From Octopus sinensis (lineage: Eukaryota): a stretch of DNA of 64,000 nt. The stretch is taken from positions 289,330-353,329 of the forward strand of contig NW_021835997.1 in assembly GCF_006345805.1 (NCBI RefSeq). Direction: 5' to 3'. The position numbers and the translations under genes were made by a program. Under the pieces are notes generated by a model. The model searched no databases, was not told the DNA's origin, and was given only the letters and a program-made list of their open reading frames with translations. This document shows positions 46,784 to 58,698 of the stretch, piece after piece. Position 1 is the first letter of the stretch, and the number at the start of each line of letters is the position of its first letter.

Positions 46784-49700
46784 CTACACCAACATTGCAT
46801 TTACATATATTTGCGCTATTTCGAATAAGGTCTGGGTGACTTTACTTGTTTTTTGGTGTTGTTTTTGGGGAATATAATCAAACTTATTTTTAAGACACAA
46901 TTTCCCAAAGTCGCAGGCCAGCAACTCGTCACTCTCCCAAGAGGCGGGAAGGAAGATCAGAGGGGCACCGATGTCGACGTCCTGCATTATTCGAGTCTGT
47001 TTATTTTCAGGATAAAGAACATTCTGGAATATTCAAATTCACCTACATTTTCATACTGATTTGAGTTAATATTCAAAAATCCTTTGATATGAGTGAAATG
47101 CTCAAAGAATGACAAGATTTCCATAAAAAATGAATGCACATATATTATCTTGATTGACGTCATTTTCAATGTCGTTTTCACATCAAAGTCCCTGATAGTT
47201 TTCATCGGAAGAATCATGCTTCACTCTACAATGAACACGAATAGTAAAGAACTTGTTGATTTGTAGGAACAGAGGGCAATCCTTCCAGGCAATCACCTTC
47301 TCCCTATATTTAGAGCCATTTTCTGTCCTGTCGAGGAGAATTAGATTGCACATACGAACATCCAATATTGTATTAGAAAGTTTATCTGATCCAGACAGAG
47401 TGAACGAGTCCATGATAAATTCAGCCAACATATATTCAGGTTTCTTTAATCCAAATACCATTCTCCCGACGGTCAGGTCAAATTTCATTTCCCGCGGAAA
47501 TTTATTCCTATAAACAGCTGGAGTCGAGGTCACGTTTTCCTTTAAAGAAAGAACGTCAAAAAAATCTATCAGAAATATCCAACATTCCAAATTGAGGATC
47601 ACCGAGAGCGAGTGAAGTCGAACAAAAAGTGAGTTAAAAATCTAAAAGAAATTAAAAATGTCTATAAACCGATGGAAACGGAATTTTTAAACAAAAACTA
47701 ATAAATTTCATTTCTATGAAATGACTTTCACATGACTCTTCCCCAACTAGCAAATCACGTCTAAAATTAATTAAAAAATGAAACTTTTCAATAACGAGGG
47801 AAGAATCCAAGCTTGATCTGTGTCTATAAAATATGTTTTATCGCCAAAATCAACCAAAGAGGAACTCAACAAAACATCACTGTCCATTCCAGTCACATTC
47901 CGTTCGTTCGTGATCGAAATCCCGGACAAATGTGCTTTAAATTTATAAAAATGGCGTTCGACTGGAGCAAGCAATCCACCAATGTCATTTATATAAATCC
48001 TAACAAATTCTGTTCTCTTTTTAGGGTCACAAAATCCAAATTGAACGCAGGAAATCTCAAAAGCAAAAATCATTTTTGATAAACTCATCATTTCAGACAT
48101 TCCCATTTTTGACAAGATTTGTTATCAAACATATCCAAAGTATCCTGGCTATGTTCGGCTCCGTAGACCAACGAAAGCTGGGAAAGACAACAAACAAGCA
48201 ATTCGAGGGTGGATTTGTCTAATTTAAAGACAACCGGATTAAATATATTCAAATTGAACAGTATTTTTGTGAAACGTGACTCAATGTCTCGTTCTTGACA
48301 TTTTTTGAGTAGAAGCAAGTGCAACGACGTATATTTCAAACTTATTCTTGTCTAATAAAATAGAATTGTCGATTAATGAGGCGTGAATGAAATATTCCGA
48401 GACAATATCTCGACAATTCGACTTGAAGTGATAAAGACATAGATCTTTGACTGAAATGTTGGCAATTGGCTTGATTCGGCTGTTGATGGTCAAATAATTC
48501 CTCACGTTCAACAGGTTTCTGGGCGAACCGAGTTCTCCGTGCAAAAAGGATCCCGTTTTTAGTCTAATTTTGCCAAGGTGCACCGAAAAGTAATCATTCT
48601 TTCCAACTTTGAGCAAAATCACTGAAATTTGAACTACAATGTGCAAATTTATATTTGAAAATAAATTCATGTTCTGTTTTTCTTTGACATTTTGATTCGC
48701 TTCGAAAACACGATCTTCCTTGAGGGGGGAAATGTGTGAATTTGTTGTAGAATTGTAAAAAATGGGACAAAAATCTACAATCAATAGAGAAAGGTTACCT
48801 GGGAGAATTTAAATAGCGAATTGAAGCAAGTTTAATCTCTATATTTCTCATTCCATTCACTCCACAGTTCAAAGCAGAACAACGAATTGCCTTTGATGAT
48901 TCATTCTCAGCCCCAATCTCTGCTATCACAGAATCTTGACTGTAAACCAAAACATGGCTGAGATAAGACTCCAAATGTACCTCACTACCCTCTAAGAATA
49001 ACTCAAAAAACCACATACTGATAGATATATCACCATCGTAAAACACGATTTCAGAATGAATGTTCATTGTTGGTTCCAGACTAGGCAGAATTATGCAAAT
49101 TTTATGAACTGTCACGTGAAGATTGAATGATGATGCCCCCTTTGACTCAGCATAAAAGATATTCACAGAAAGAACTGGCAAATTGTTCAAAAAAGTCAAA
49201 AATTCATGCCAACAGGTAATATTTCCTTTAAATGAATAATGTTAAGTTACCAAAAACATACAAGTCATTAAATGCACAGTTCGCTGTCACCAAATAGTTA
49301 CTGCCGATTTCAACATGAATCAAAATCAACGGATTCGTGTAGTTCTCTCCCAATAAATTATCACCGACAGTCTCTCCCGTTTTTTCTTGGTCATTAATTA
49401 CGGAATTTCGGTAGGAAGAAACAATCCAACCCTTTTCCGAGGAAAGTAAATCAAAGACATCAAGTGATGTTAAATTAAAATCAATTTTGCACTTATTTAA
49501 TGAGAATTTTAACTCTGATGTAATATTATTCAACACCAACCAAACAACCATTTTTTATTAACTCAACATTGACCACACAAAATGAACATTTTACTGAATT
49601 TCTTCCAAATCCCTTTGTTTTGGGTAAATCGGAATCCGCAGAGTAAGCCGAGTCATCATAGTCTTCTGAATATGAGTCACTTGTCTGAAAGGCTTGGGAC

Positions 49701-51180
49701 AAATCAGTCGAAAGGAGATGTAAGTACTGTTTTAGTATATCTAACTGCATTAGAGAATAAAAAAAGCCATAAACCCTATAGTTATCTAAAGGTAAAGAAA
49801 GTTCCTCCACAGTCCCCTCCATGAGTAATTGAGGCCATCCTTCATCAACAATCGGGACTATACGCCTGTTATACTTAATTCTAATAAAACAACCTTTTCA
49901 GAATGACAGACACGTTTAACTTGTCCAACAGACTGAAACTTCCACCAACTTTCGATCCCTCAAAAATTTGAAATCCCGCCAAATCAATACAATAACTGAA
50001 TAATCAATATTTAAAACCCGTCGTAGATTGATTCCCTGAAATCTGCTTCCAACAGTGAGTCCTGTCTTAGATCTCCTCAATGTATTCTGTGGGGTAGAAA
50101 AGGGGACTTCTGTCTCCATTTTCATAGGAAACTTACCTTTTCTGAGATTCTGGATTTTCAGGTGGTCGAAACTGACCAAAATGATATTTCCTTCAGTCCC
50201 CAAATCCTTAAGCATCAGTTGAGGACCGTTCAAACTCAAATCGACCTCCCAACGTTTGTTTTTTAACTGAATTATACTTTTGATATAATTATACTCTGTT
50301 GTCATTCTCTACGAACTGGTAACACAGCTGCCACAAATTTTCCTGTACAGCAGCCTCAAATCTGAGTAGATTTTGGTGGAAAATGTCCTTTTTTTACTTT
50401 TTGATCAAATTCGAACAAATTGACCATTTTTTCGAAAAGCCTTGCAAACTTGACTGCCAAACCATGCCAATAAACCACACGAAATGGCATTACTTTGGAA
50501 CATAACCTAACACAGTTATATATATAGTGATAAACAAGTAAAAATGACATCGAATATACCTATAATCACTATATACCCCAATCAACACCATCATGTCCTT
50601 CATCAAACAGAGTCACTACGAATTGGCTCAGTTTAAAATATCCTCTGATAAAAATATAGTCCTCGTTGATGACTTTTATCTCCTCTTTGATCCTCGTCAG
50701 GATATCGGCCAGTGTTTCGCCTGAGGGGATAAGACACCTGACTTACTAATTCTATCCACCTCCTGCACTTCCAATGAATCCCCTGTACTCTGTTTACTTA
50801 ATAAATTGACAATTTCCATTTTTTCTTTCAAACTCTATTTTTTAAAAAAATAACAAAAACCTCCATTTCTGGTGGACAAAGCCCCAATTCCAACAAATCT
50901 CCGTACATTAAAACATAATCAGCCATTTCAGTGGTTAAATCCCCATAACTCACAAACAGTAGGAGATTCGAATGAGAAATACCAAGTTTTTTGACTCATT
51001 TTTGAATTTCTCGACGAATTTAATAATAATTTGGAATTGACTGAGTTTAATTAGTACATTGAGGTCATTTATTTAAACATCCACAGTTAATCTTTCCTTT
51101 TTGTCCTCCTTCTGAATTGAAGGGGACTTTTGTCCTGATCAAAGGAAACAATCGCATTCCAACGGTCAACGAGATTCTAA
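46784..51180 (-). pseudogene. VPS13-family lipid transfer protein (VPS13D-like), internal fragment
   Basis: WEVDLSLNGPQLML..LVSFDHLKIQN; DVDIGAPLIFLP..LLACDFGKLCLKNKF; NEDYIFIRGYFKL; lacks both N- and C-terminal portions. Confidence 0.72.
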
Positions 51181-51829
51181 ACAATTTAAATTAATAAATA
51201 CATTTAAATAACATGTTGTGTCTTGTGTGTACATCATAAAACCAGTTATTATCAGTTTTGTTTTATTGTTGCGTAGGTGGTAGTTGAGCATTGAGTGTTA
51301 GGACAGTGATCGATAATCTCCAAGTTTAGTCAAAGTATAAACCACAAGATAATAAATTATTTAAAATTTTATTAAAATAATTCCTTGTTAGAAATAAATA
51401 ATTAATATTAATAAATTAAAAAAACACACATCGTCAATAAACTTCAGTTAGCATTTTTTTTTAATTAAAGAAAATTAAAAAAATCTTATTTTTTTAAAGC
51501 TAAATTTAATTCCTATTTGTTTTTTTAGATATCACTATATTTTCTTTGTGACTGTCACAGTCCAGACATGGGCCACGCCTTACGTGAGTCACTTTTCAAA
51601 AATTTATAAAAATAAATAAATAATAACTAAATAGATGTACCTTACTCCAATTATTCCATATTAGTGTTTTTTATGTCTTTTTTTTGAATGAAAGTGCATA
51701 TTATTCACCCACAAAAAACAAACATAACGCATTTTTGACCCGACATAACGTTTTATCGATTAACTTAATTTTTTTATTTAGAAACAATTTTAAAATATTA
51801 AAAATTATTTTTTTAATTTCCTTAGCCGA

Positions 51830-53130
51830 CTAAAAGGTACTTTTTCAACAATTTCCCCCTCTTCATTTTCTAAATCTAATGTTCCTCCGTCCTGTTTTAT
51901 CACTCTGTATGCAGATGTATCTATCTGGTCATACAGAGGATATTTTCTTGTGTTTTCATTTATATCTTTATCCATCCGTAAAAGTGCGTAATCTCCTACT
52001 GATATTTCCTCTTCATCAAATCTCTATCTTCTCCTTGTTTTTATTTTTCCCCCCGCACTTTCCAAATTGTTAGGTACGTCTTCTTGCATTTTATTTACTT
52101 CTCCGCTTTCTTGATACACAAAATCTACTTCTTCGTATTAATTTTCTCCTTATCGTAAAATAATTTCATAATTACTAGTAAAAGCCAATGAAGACTGGAT
52201 AATGTAATCATCTAGTTTTTTTGATATCCCACTCCCATAAAAATTTTAAATGGAATATACTTCGTAGTTCACGTTTAGAATTATTATATTTGTAGACAAT
52301 TCTTTTAATAATTGCATGATATTCTCCAAACATTCCATTTGAAGCGCTTGTAGAAGAGATCCATCGTTTTATAGATTGGTTAAATCTTAAAATTAACAAA
52401 ATAAATATACCGTTCTACCTGACCTTGTATACGTGGGGCACATGATCTTCCACATGTGCTTAGTGCCAAACTTTGTACACATTTCCTCCATCATATTGTT
52501 TTTGAACTCCTTTCCATTATCTGTTTGCAAGATCAATGGAACTCCAATCATCATAAAAATGTTTTCAATAATAGGCACTATTTCTGTGGCGCATTTGGTT
52601 CTCAAAAGTTCTACAACCCCCTATTTTGAAAAAGAGTCAATTAAAACGAGAATCTGGATAAATCGTAATAAATACCCATTTAAAGCTGTTATTTATTTCT
52701 GAATATCTTCTTAAATCGATCAAATCAGCAATGTATCTATCTCTTGGGCCTCTTGCAATAATAGGAGTGATAACCGACCTTGTAGGTAGCAATTTTTTGA
52801 ACTGAAATTGAATAATTTAACTAAATACCTGACAATAAGTACATTTTTCAATTATTTTGCTAATCTCTTCCCGAGTTGCACCATATATCTTTCCCTTAAG
52901 CATAGAAAACATTTTATCTCCTCCAAAATGTACATAACTGTGCTCACACTAATCATAATTAAATAAATTGATACTTCTATATATTTCAGCTTTAACTCTT
53001 GTTCTTCTATGCAGAATAATCTGACTTTTTTATTCTTTTGGTATATGTAGGCTATATTTTTTTCAATAAGTATTCGGTTAGCAATCCTACGTATTCTAGT
53101 CATTTTTGTTAATTTCTTCCTCATCATTTA
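51830..53130 (-). mobile_element. Ginger/rve-type integrase DNA transposon remnant
   Basis: PIIARGPRDRYIADLIDL, LIDSFSK, GVPLILQTDNGKEFKN, C-terminal ISVGDYALLRMDKD; frameshifted; no RT/RNase H nearby. Confidence 0.72.
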
Positions 53131-53254
53131 TATTTACATCATTTTCATCTTTAATGTTTCCGCAATTTTCCATTTTTTATTGTATCATTTTCTGCATATT
53201 CATATGTAAGAAATTCTTCAATATCGAACGGATCAAAAATATCTATGTATCTTG

Positions 53255-53440
53255 CTATCTTTGAGAAAAGAATTTTTTTTTGCAAAAGAATGTTGTTGGT
53301 TGTTTTTCGAGAAATTTTTCATTAAGCAAAAAAGAAAATTTTTTGGACAAATATTGACAAGAAAAATGAGGATTCTCCTCTTTATAAGATAAAATTTCTA
53401 TTTTCTGATTAAAATTCAGACGAGTATAATAATTACGAGA
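53255..53440 (-). mobile_element. pogo/CENP-B-like HTH N-terminal fragment
   Basis: RLNFNQKIEILSYKEENP..LSKKF. Confidence 0.45.
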
Positions 53441-53475
53441 AAACATGTGGAACAATTTTTATTAATAAAATTCAA

Positions 53476-53945
53476 TTGGCTGAAGACTAAGCTATGGATA
53501 ATGGGTTTGGAAAAGCCCCCTTGGCTGAAGACTAAGCTATGGATAATGGGTTTGGACGGTCGTGAGTTCGATTCCGAAGGAGGCCAGTTTTCATCCTGGG
53601 GCAAATTCTCGTTATCGTTCCCCTGCCCGTGAGGCAACGAGTACTTCTGGCACGACACAGTTGGAAATGGGGATCTCTTACCTTCCGGTCTTAGCGTGGC
53701 GTTACGGGGTCCACCATGTCAGTTGGAAATTCCTCCGGATATGGCAACGCTCAGGAGGCACTTAATGCCTACCGAAAAAGGACTCTTAGCTTCTCAGACC
53801 CTGGGACATCGTCGTCTCAGGCCGATCTTGCGGGAAGGATTGAACCTTTCAGAAGGATCTCCCTCGTTTGAATCGGCGATCACGGGAATAACTATAATTA
53901 ACTGGCTTTGCCCGTGTTTGGTCTTTAAATAATAATAATAATAAT
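53476..53945 (+). mobile_element. tRNA-derived SINE (~430 bp from 53515) with duplicated 5' head and (AAT)n tail
   Basis: Head GCCCCCTTGGC..GTTCGATTCC..AAGGAGGCCA; 53476-53511 repeats 53521-53556; tail at 53927-53945. Confidence 0.82.
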
Positions 53946-53949
53946 TCAA

Positions 53950-54920
53950 CAGCGTGCGCCGCGATGCTATTTTGGAAGCATGCGCTCGAAGAGCACCAGA
54001 AATAATCAATCTTGTCTCGCTTGCCTACGGCTCGGAGAGCAGTCTTGTATACGGGAATGAGATCATCCGTTCGGAGACCGGCGTGCAACAGGGGGATCCG
54101 CTAGGGCCACTCCTCTTCGCGATGACAATCGATGAGGCAGCTCGCCTTGCTGTCTTTCAATTCAATCTGTGGTATCTTGATGATGCCACATTGGGTGGCC
54201 ATGCTGACCACGTTATTCGGGATGTCGAACACATCGTACCAGCACTGGCTACCCTCGGCCTCTCGGTCAACGCAAAGAAGACCGAGATCATTAATGTCTC
54301 GTGTTCGGAGGCCGACTTCCGATCCGCTGTGGCCCGCCTCAGAGCAACCCTGTCTTGTGCGAACGTTACCCCAATCGATGATGTCACCTTTCTCGGTGGA
54401 TCCCTGTCCGACACGAAGCTCCAATGCATGCTTTCCGCCAAAGCCGAACACTTCCAAAGACTTTCAACAAATCTTTCTATCTTGGACTCGCACACTGCCT
54501 TTTTCCTTTTGAAGAACAGCATTCATATGCCGAAACTCATTTTCACCTTCAGGAGCAATCCCTGCTTCCTGCATATGGACCTACTCGCCGCACACGACGT
54601 AATCCTGAAAAAGACTGCCGAATCCGTCCTCAATGTACACCTCGATGGTCCTGGATGGGCCCAATGCTCGCTCCCACTGAGATTCGGAGGTGCGGGAATC
54701 CGCACTGCATCCGATGTGGCACTTCCGGCATATCTATCCTCCCTTTCGATGTGCAACAACCTGGTTTCTGAGATCCTACTCAAATCTTTCGGATCTTGCC
54801 TGGATGGTGCTTTTTCAAATGGGCTCACTACCTGGGATCGCTCCTTTTCTGAGAGGCTCGAAGATTTCTCCTCCCAACGTGCCTGGGACTCTATTCTCGA
54901 CGTAGAACTCCCGTCGACGT
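53950..54920 (+). mobile_element. CRE-like non-LTR retrotransposon RT fragment, 5'- and 3'-truncated
   Basis: GVQQGDPLGPLLF, WYLDD, LPLRFGGAGIR; 322-codon open frame. Confidence 0.88.
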
Positions 54921-54949
54921 AGGGAGGTGGGTCACATTATTCATTTTAG

Positions 54950-55290
54950 ACACTTACTCACATCAGTGCTCAATAATAAACTGTCCAAAGGCCTTCTGAC
55001 AAACTTATGCTGACCTTTCTGTCAGCTCTGCTCATAAAAAGTATTGAGTGTGGAATCAGACCAGACAAGTACTCCGACGAGGAGTTGTGTGAGCTGGAAT
55101 GCTTTCCTGTCTACTTCCCAGAACAATACGAGTCTGATACAGTTTTGATCAACTCGTTGCTCGTAGATTTGCAGTTTGACTTGATTCATTTACATTGACA
55201 GAGGGATCTCTAAAGAGGAGGCTGCAACTCGATTTCTCAGATGCAACAGTTTGCTCGATTCGTACAACTGCGAGTACTACTTGGCCAATG
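54950..55290 (+). pseudogene. FERM central-domain exon fragment
   Basis: LSALLI..ELECFP..RGISKEEAATRFLRCNSLLDSYNCEYY resembles HRGMxxEEAEMEYLxxAxxLEMYG; frameshifted. Confidence 0.5.
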
Positions 55291-55314
55291 TAAAGTTGTA
55301 GTGATACCCCAGAC

Positions 55315-55350
55315 CAGTGGTTCCCAACGTGGGGTCCGCGGAACCCTGGG
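55315..55350 (+). mobile_element. Solitary hAT-type left terminus
   Basis: CAGTGGTTCCCAAC followed by GGGGTCCGCGGAACCC; no partner TIR found in the window. Confidence 0.55.
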
Positions 55351-56299
55351 GTTGGTTTAGTGATATGTTACAAGTTAAGAAGTTGGCTTTACTTCCTTTA
55401 TATGAGAAGGGAAGATGGAAATATTCAGAAAAATGGAGATGATAAAAATTGTGAATTTCCAAAAAATGGAGCAAAACGTTTTAGTTCTCGTTCATTTGCC
55501 TACCGCAGTCTGTGTGGTAGCGAGAGCGAAGAGATCGAGAATTTTGTCGCTGGTCATGAAAATGTCATTTTCTGTAACTGATAGTTCATATTTGTAGCGT
55601 TCTCCATTTCTTGCACCAGTGAGAAGACCAACTCGTTTATGTGTGGTGAGTGATAGTTTGGATTCTGATTAAATTTATTTTGATCTATATTCTTCCCTAA
55701 AGTGTTGTTTATTGTCGGATTTAGGGATTCAGCATTTTGTACAATCATTGTATCCTTTATTGGATTATTAGCATGTGAATTATTTATAGTCAATACTATC
55801 TTTAAACAAAATTAAGGAGTCTTGAAGACAGTCATAATATTTTTATAAAACAAGTATTCTATGGGGTCTGAGAAAACAAGTAATCGACAAATATATAGGT
55901 GTCCACGATGTGGCCGAAAAACTTTGTTTCAGGATCAAACAGCACACTGAGCTCACAACCTTAGTAGGAATACCCTACAATTCAATGTTGGCCAAAATAT
56001 CCATGAAATAAATAAGCCGAACGGGCAATAAATTTTGAACAAGTCAAACATTTTCTCGATTGGAGGATTCATTACTGAAATGCCAGTTTTTAAAGTTCAA
56101 GAAATAGGAAAGGCGACGACACTCTTTTTTATCCAGTTGGAATTTGGACTTTTGAGGATATTCTTAGTCAAAGAGGACTGTTAACTTGTCTATTCGGGTC
56201 CGTAAAGTTTGTGGAATATTTTTTATGTGCGGGTATTGCCTTAACAAATGATCTACCAAATAAAACAAGTCAGTAAAAATCGATGGACAGACCAGGACG

Positions 56300-56665
56300 T
56301 CATATGGACTTAATACTCGCATATGTAGAACGCGTTCCCGTGAATGAATTGGAGACCACTTGGAGAAAATATTGAATAAAATATTTGAATAAAAGTGTAG
56401 TGGATGAGAAAGCCAAGTGGGAGGATTGGAAGGGTGTTCAGTGAAAAGAACAAAATGAGGTATGTGAAAGGAAGGAGGGGGATGCAGTGCACGACGACCC
56501 GGCCATAATAGGAGTGTGCTGCAATGTGGTGTATGACTGGTTGAAGGAGAGGAAATGTGTATTAATCGACATTCGGAGTGGAGAGGACTACAGACAGTCA
56601 CACATCTGTTCTCCTCATGCCTTGAATGTGCCCAACACACTTGTCAATGAGAGCACTCTGAGTGA
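56300..56665 (+). pseudogene. Rhodanese-like domain fragment (USP8-like)
   Basis: VYDWLKERKCVLIDIRSGEDYRQSHI..ALNVP resembles USP8 LYTMM..[23 protein letters not shown]; upstream in-frame stops. Confidence 0.45.
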
Positions 56666-56669
56666 CCAC

Positions 56670-56990
56670 TCGGACAACGTAATTTGGTCATGTATGCCAT
56701 GCAATACTTCTCGAAGTATAAGAACGAACAGCTGGTTTTGCAGTAAGTGATCCTTAAACTAATTTTAAGAAGTCATTTACCGTTAGCGAAAATTTTGATG
56801 CTTACGTATATGTGGGCATTAAATTACCAAAGAAATTTCATCTCGTACGAACTAGAAATTTCGCAAAATACGATTACAGATTGGACGAATTTTTGCAGAG
56901 AACTTATTACGGTGTCTCTTGCAAATGCTCCGATTAAACTTGGGGGACTCGTGGTTAATGAAGATACATTACGTAATTCATTTAATTTTT
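56670..56990 (+). mobile_element. Merlin/IS1595-like transposase N-terminal fragment
   Basis: WSCMPCNTSRSIRTNSWF..ILMLTYMWA..ISQNTITDWTNFCRE..IKLGG. Confidence 0.78.
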
Positions 56991-57037
56991 AGAAGAGTCG
57001 ATAGTGGCCAACCACGATAATGCTTTATTAAATAACA

Positions 57038-57650
57038 TCATTTAATGTAGTTGGCCAACCACGCGAATGCTTCCTGGTATCCGTGTCTCTTCTTTATCGA
57101 GCACATGAACACTTGCAAAGGGCGCAGTGCCTTCATGTGTCCGTACAGTCCGAAGGTGTGCACGAACTCGTCAGGCCCCATTGCATTTGGTTTGTCCACT
57201 TTGTTAGCCAGAACTGCCACGGGAATATTGGTGGAGGTGAGCACGGACTGCAATGGGGGACTTGCCAACCTGCAGACACTCCCTCCCCTCCTCCACTCGA
57301 CTCCTCTCTGCCGCATCCACTATGAACACGATCGCATCCGCTGTCACCAGATAGTCCTTCCACACTCGCCGAGCCTGCTCGTGTCCTCCCAGGTCATACG
57401 CCTGCATATTCACACCCCCCATCGTCAACTCCTCCAAATCTACCTCACCACACACTCCTCACTTGCATGCAGAGTCGGGTTGTGTGTGTGCATTGCCCCT
57501 GTCTTCAGATACTGCAACAGAGTCGTCTTCCCTGCGTCATCTATTCCTAGTAGTAGTATCACCCCGGACTTGTTCATCAGTCCTTACACTTCTAACTATC
57601 ACACTACCCAGCTGTTTCAACATGTCCTTCACATAGTCCCACAACCACAT
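57038..57650 (-). CDS. SAR1: Small GTPase SAR1 (COPII), 180 aa, 4 exons, intact
   Basis: MWLWDYV..LG|L, GIDDAGKTT, DLGGHEQARRVWKDY, NKVD, MCS..GYQEAFAWL. Introns 57583-57607 (25 nt), 57440-57462 (23 nt), 57248-57269 (22 nt); the spliced CDS is 543 nt and in frame. Confidence 0.96.
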
Positions 57651-58149
57651 TCTCTAACACTATTTATTCATCTATTTCTACTCTCTTTAACATAAACTCT
57701 TTAAATCATCTGACTAATTTAATTTTCGGTTATCTCCCTCTGCCCTCATTTCGTCAAGGGGTTACAGTTTATTTATTTAGGGCGTTAAAAAAGTGTTAAA
57801 AGGGCGTCACAGTTAAACCCAACAGGTTTGAGTACGGAAACATCCACTGCTCTCTACGATGTCGAGGCATGTCTGAACGAGACCACATCGTTCGACGTTC
57901 CCAGCGCACACACAACTATTAGGAAGCATATTGAAAATTCTTTATCAGAACGAAGCATGTGACTCCAACTTGAATAGGCGCTTAAGATAAAAAGCTGAAA
58001 ATTCATTACCAAAAGAAGGAAGCGTGTGAGTCCAACTTGAATAGGCGCTTAGTGTGGTCCTTCGATTTGAATTTGAGAGGAGTGACAACAAGCTTGTCTG
58101 AAATGGGCGATCCAAGAATAACCGGATCATCATGAGCGGTGTTTCTTAC

Positions 58150-58430
58150 TCCGACAATCACGATCAGCAAATAAGTAGATGATCTCGGAATTGGACATAT
58201 TTAAGAATAATAGAGAGCACGGCTGGTCTGCTGGACATGATGGTTTGGTCAATTCGCGGACGTCCCCGCACAACACTGCCGGTTGCGCTGGAACACGGTC
58301 TGAAACACGTGGGCAAAACCCTGAAAAAATGCAAGGACTTGGACGAACTGCGATGGCTTGCACAAAACCGCAGAGGATGGCAAACGATGGTTAAGAAGAT
58401 TGTATCGTGTGTGGCACGTGTGGGAATATA
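58150..58430 (+). mobile_element. Non-LTR retrotransposon ORF C-terminal fragment
   Basis: RGRPRTTLP..DLDELRWLAQNRRGW. Confidence 0.65.
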
Positions 58431-58698
58431 ACTCTTTCCTTTCCTTGTTTATGTTTAATACCTTTTCTGTGGTTCAGGCTGCCCATAGCGACATAGTTGC
58501 CCATGTCACAGATTATTATATCAGTTTAGTCTAAAATTTAATTTTTTGTTTATTTATTTACCAGCTTTCTCACTAAAGTCAAATAATATTACTTATATAG
58601 CTTCTTTTTAAAATAAATTATTTAAAAAGATATTTTCTTACAATAAAATTAAGTTAATGCCAGTTTTTTTCCTTTGATTTTCATTCGAAATATTTGAA

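Noticed and set aside
53515-53586. Functional tRNA gene
   Set aside because: The T-stem and D-arm do not pair properly, and the head continues into a ~350-nt body found in a second copy, so it is a SINE.
54101-54905. Overlapping ORFs on other frames and strands of the CRE RT
   Set aside because: Shadow ORFs of a GC-rich coding region with no motifs.
57051-57695. 214-aa plus-strand ORF
   Set aside because: Antisense shadow of SAR1.
57958-58050. Direct repeat TCCAACTTGAATAGGCGCTTA x2 as a regulatory or recombination site
   Set aside because: Two copies ~68 bp apart next to a LINE remnant; most simply a local tandem duplication.
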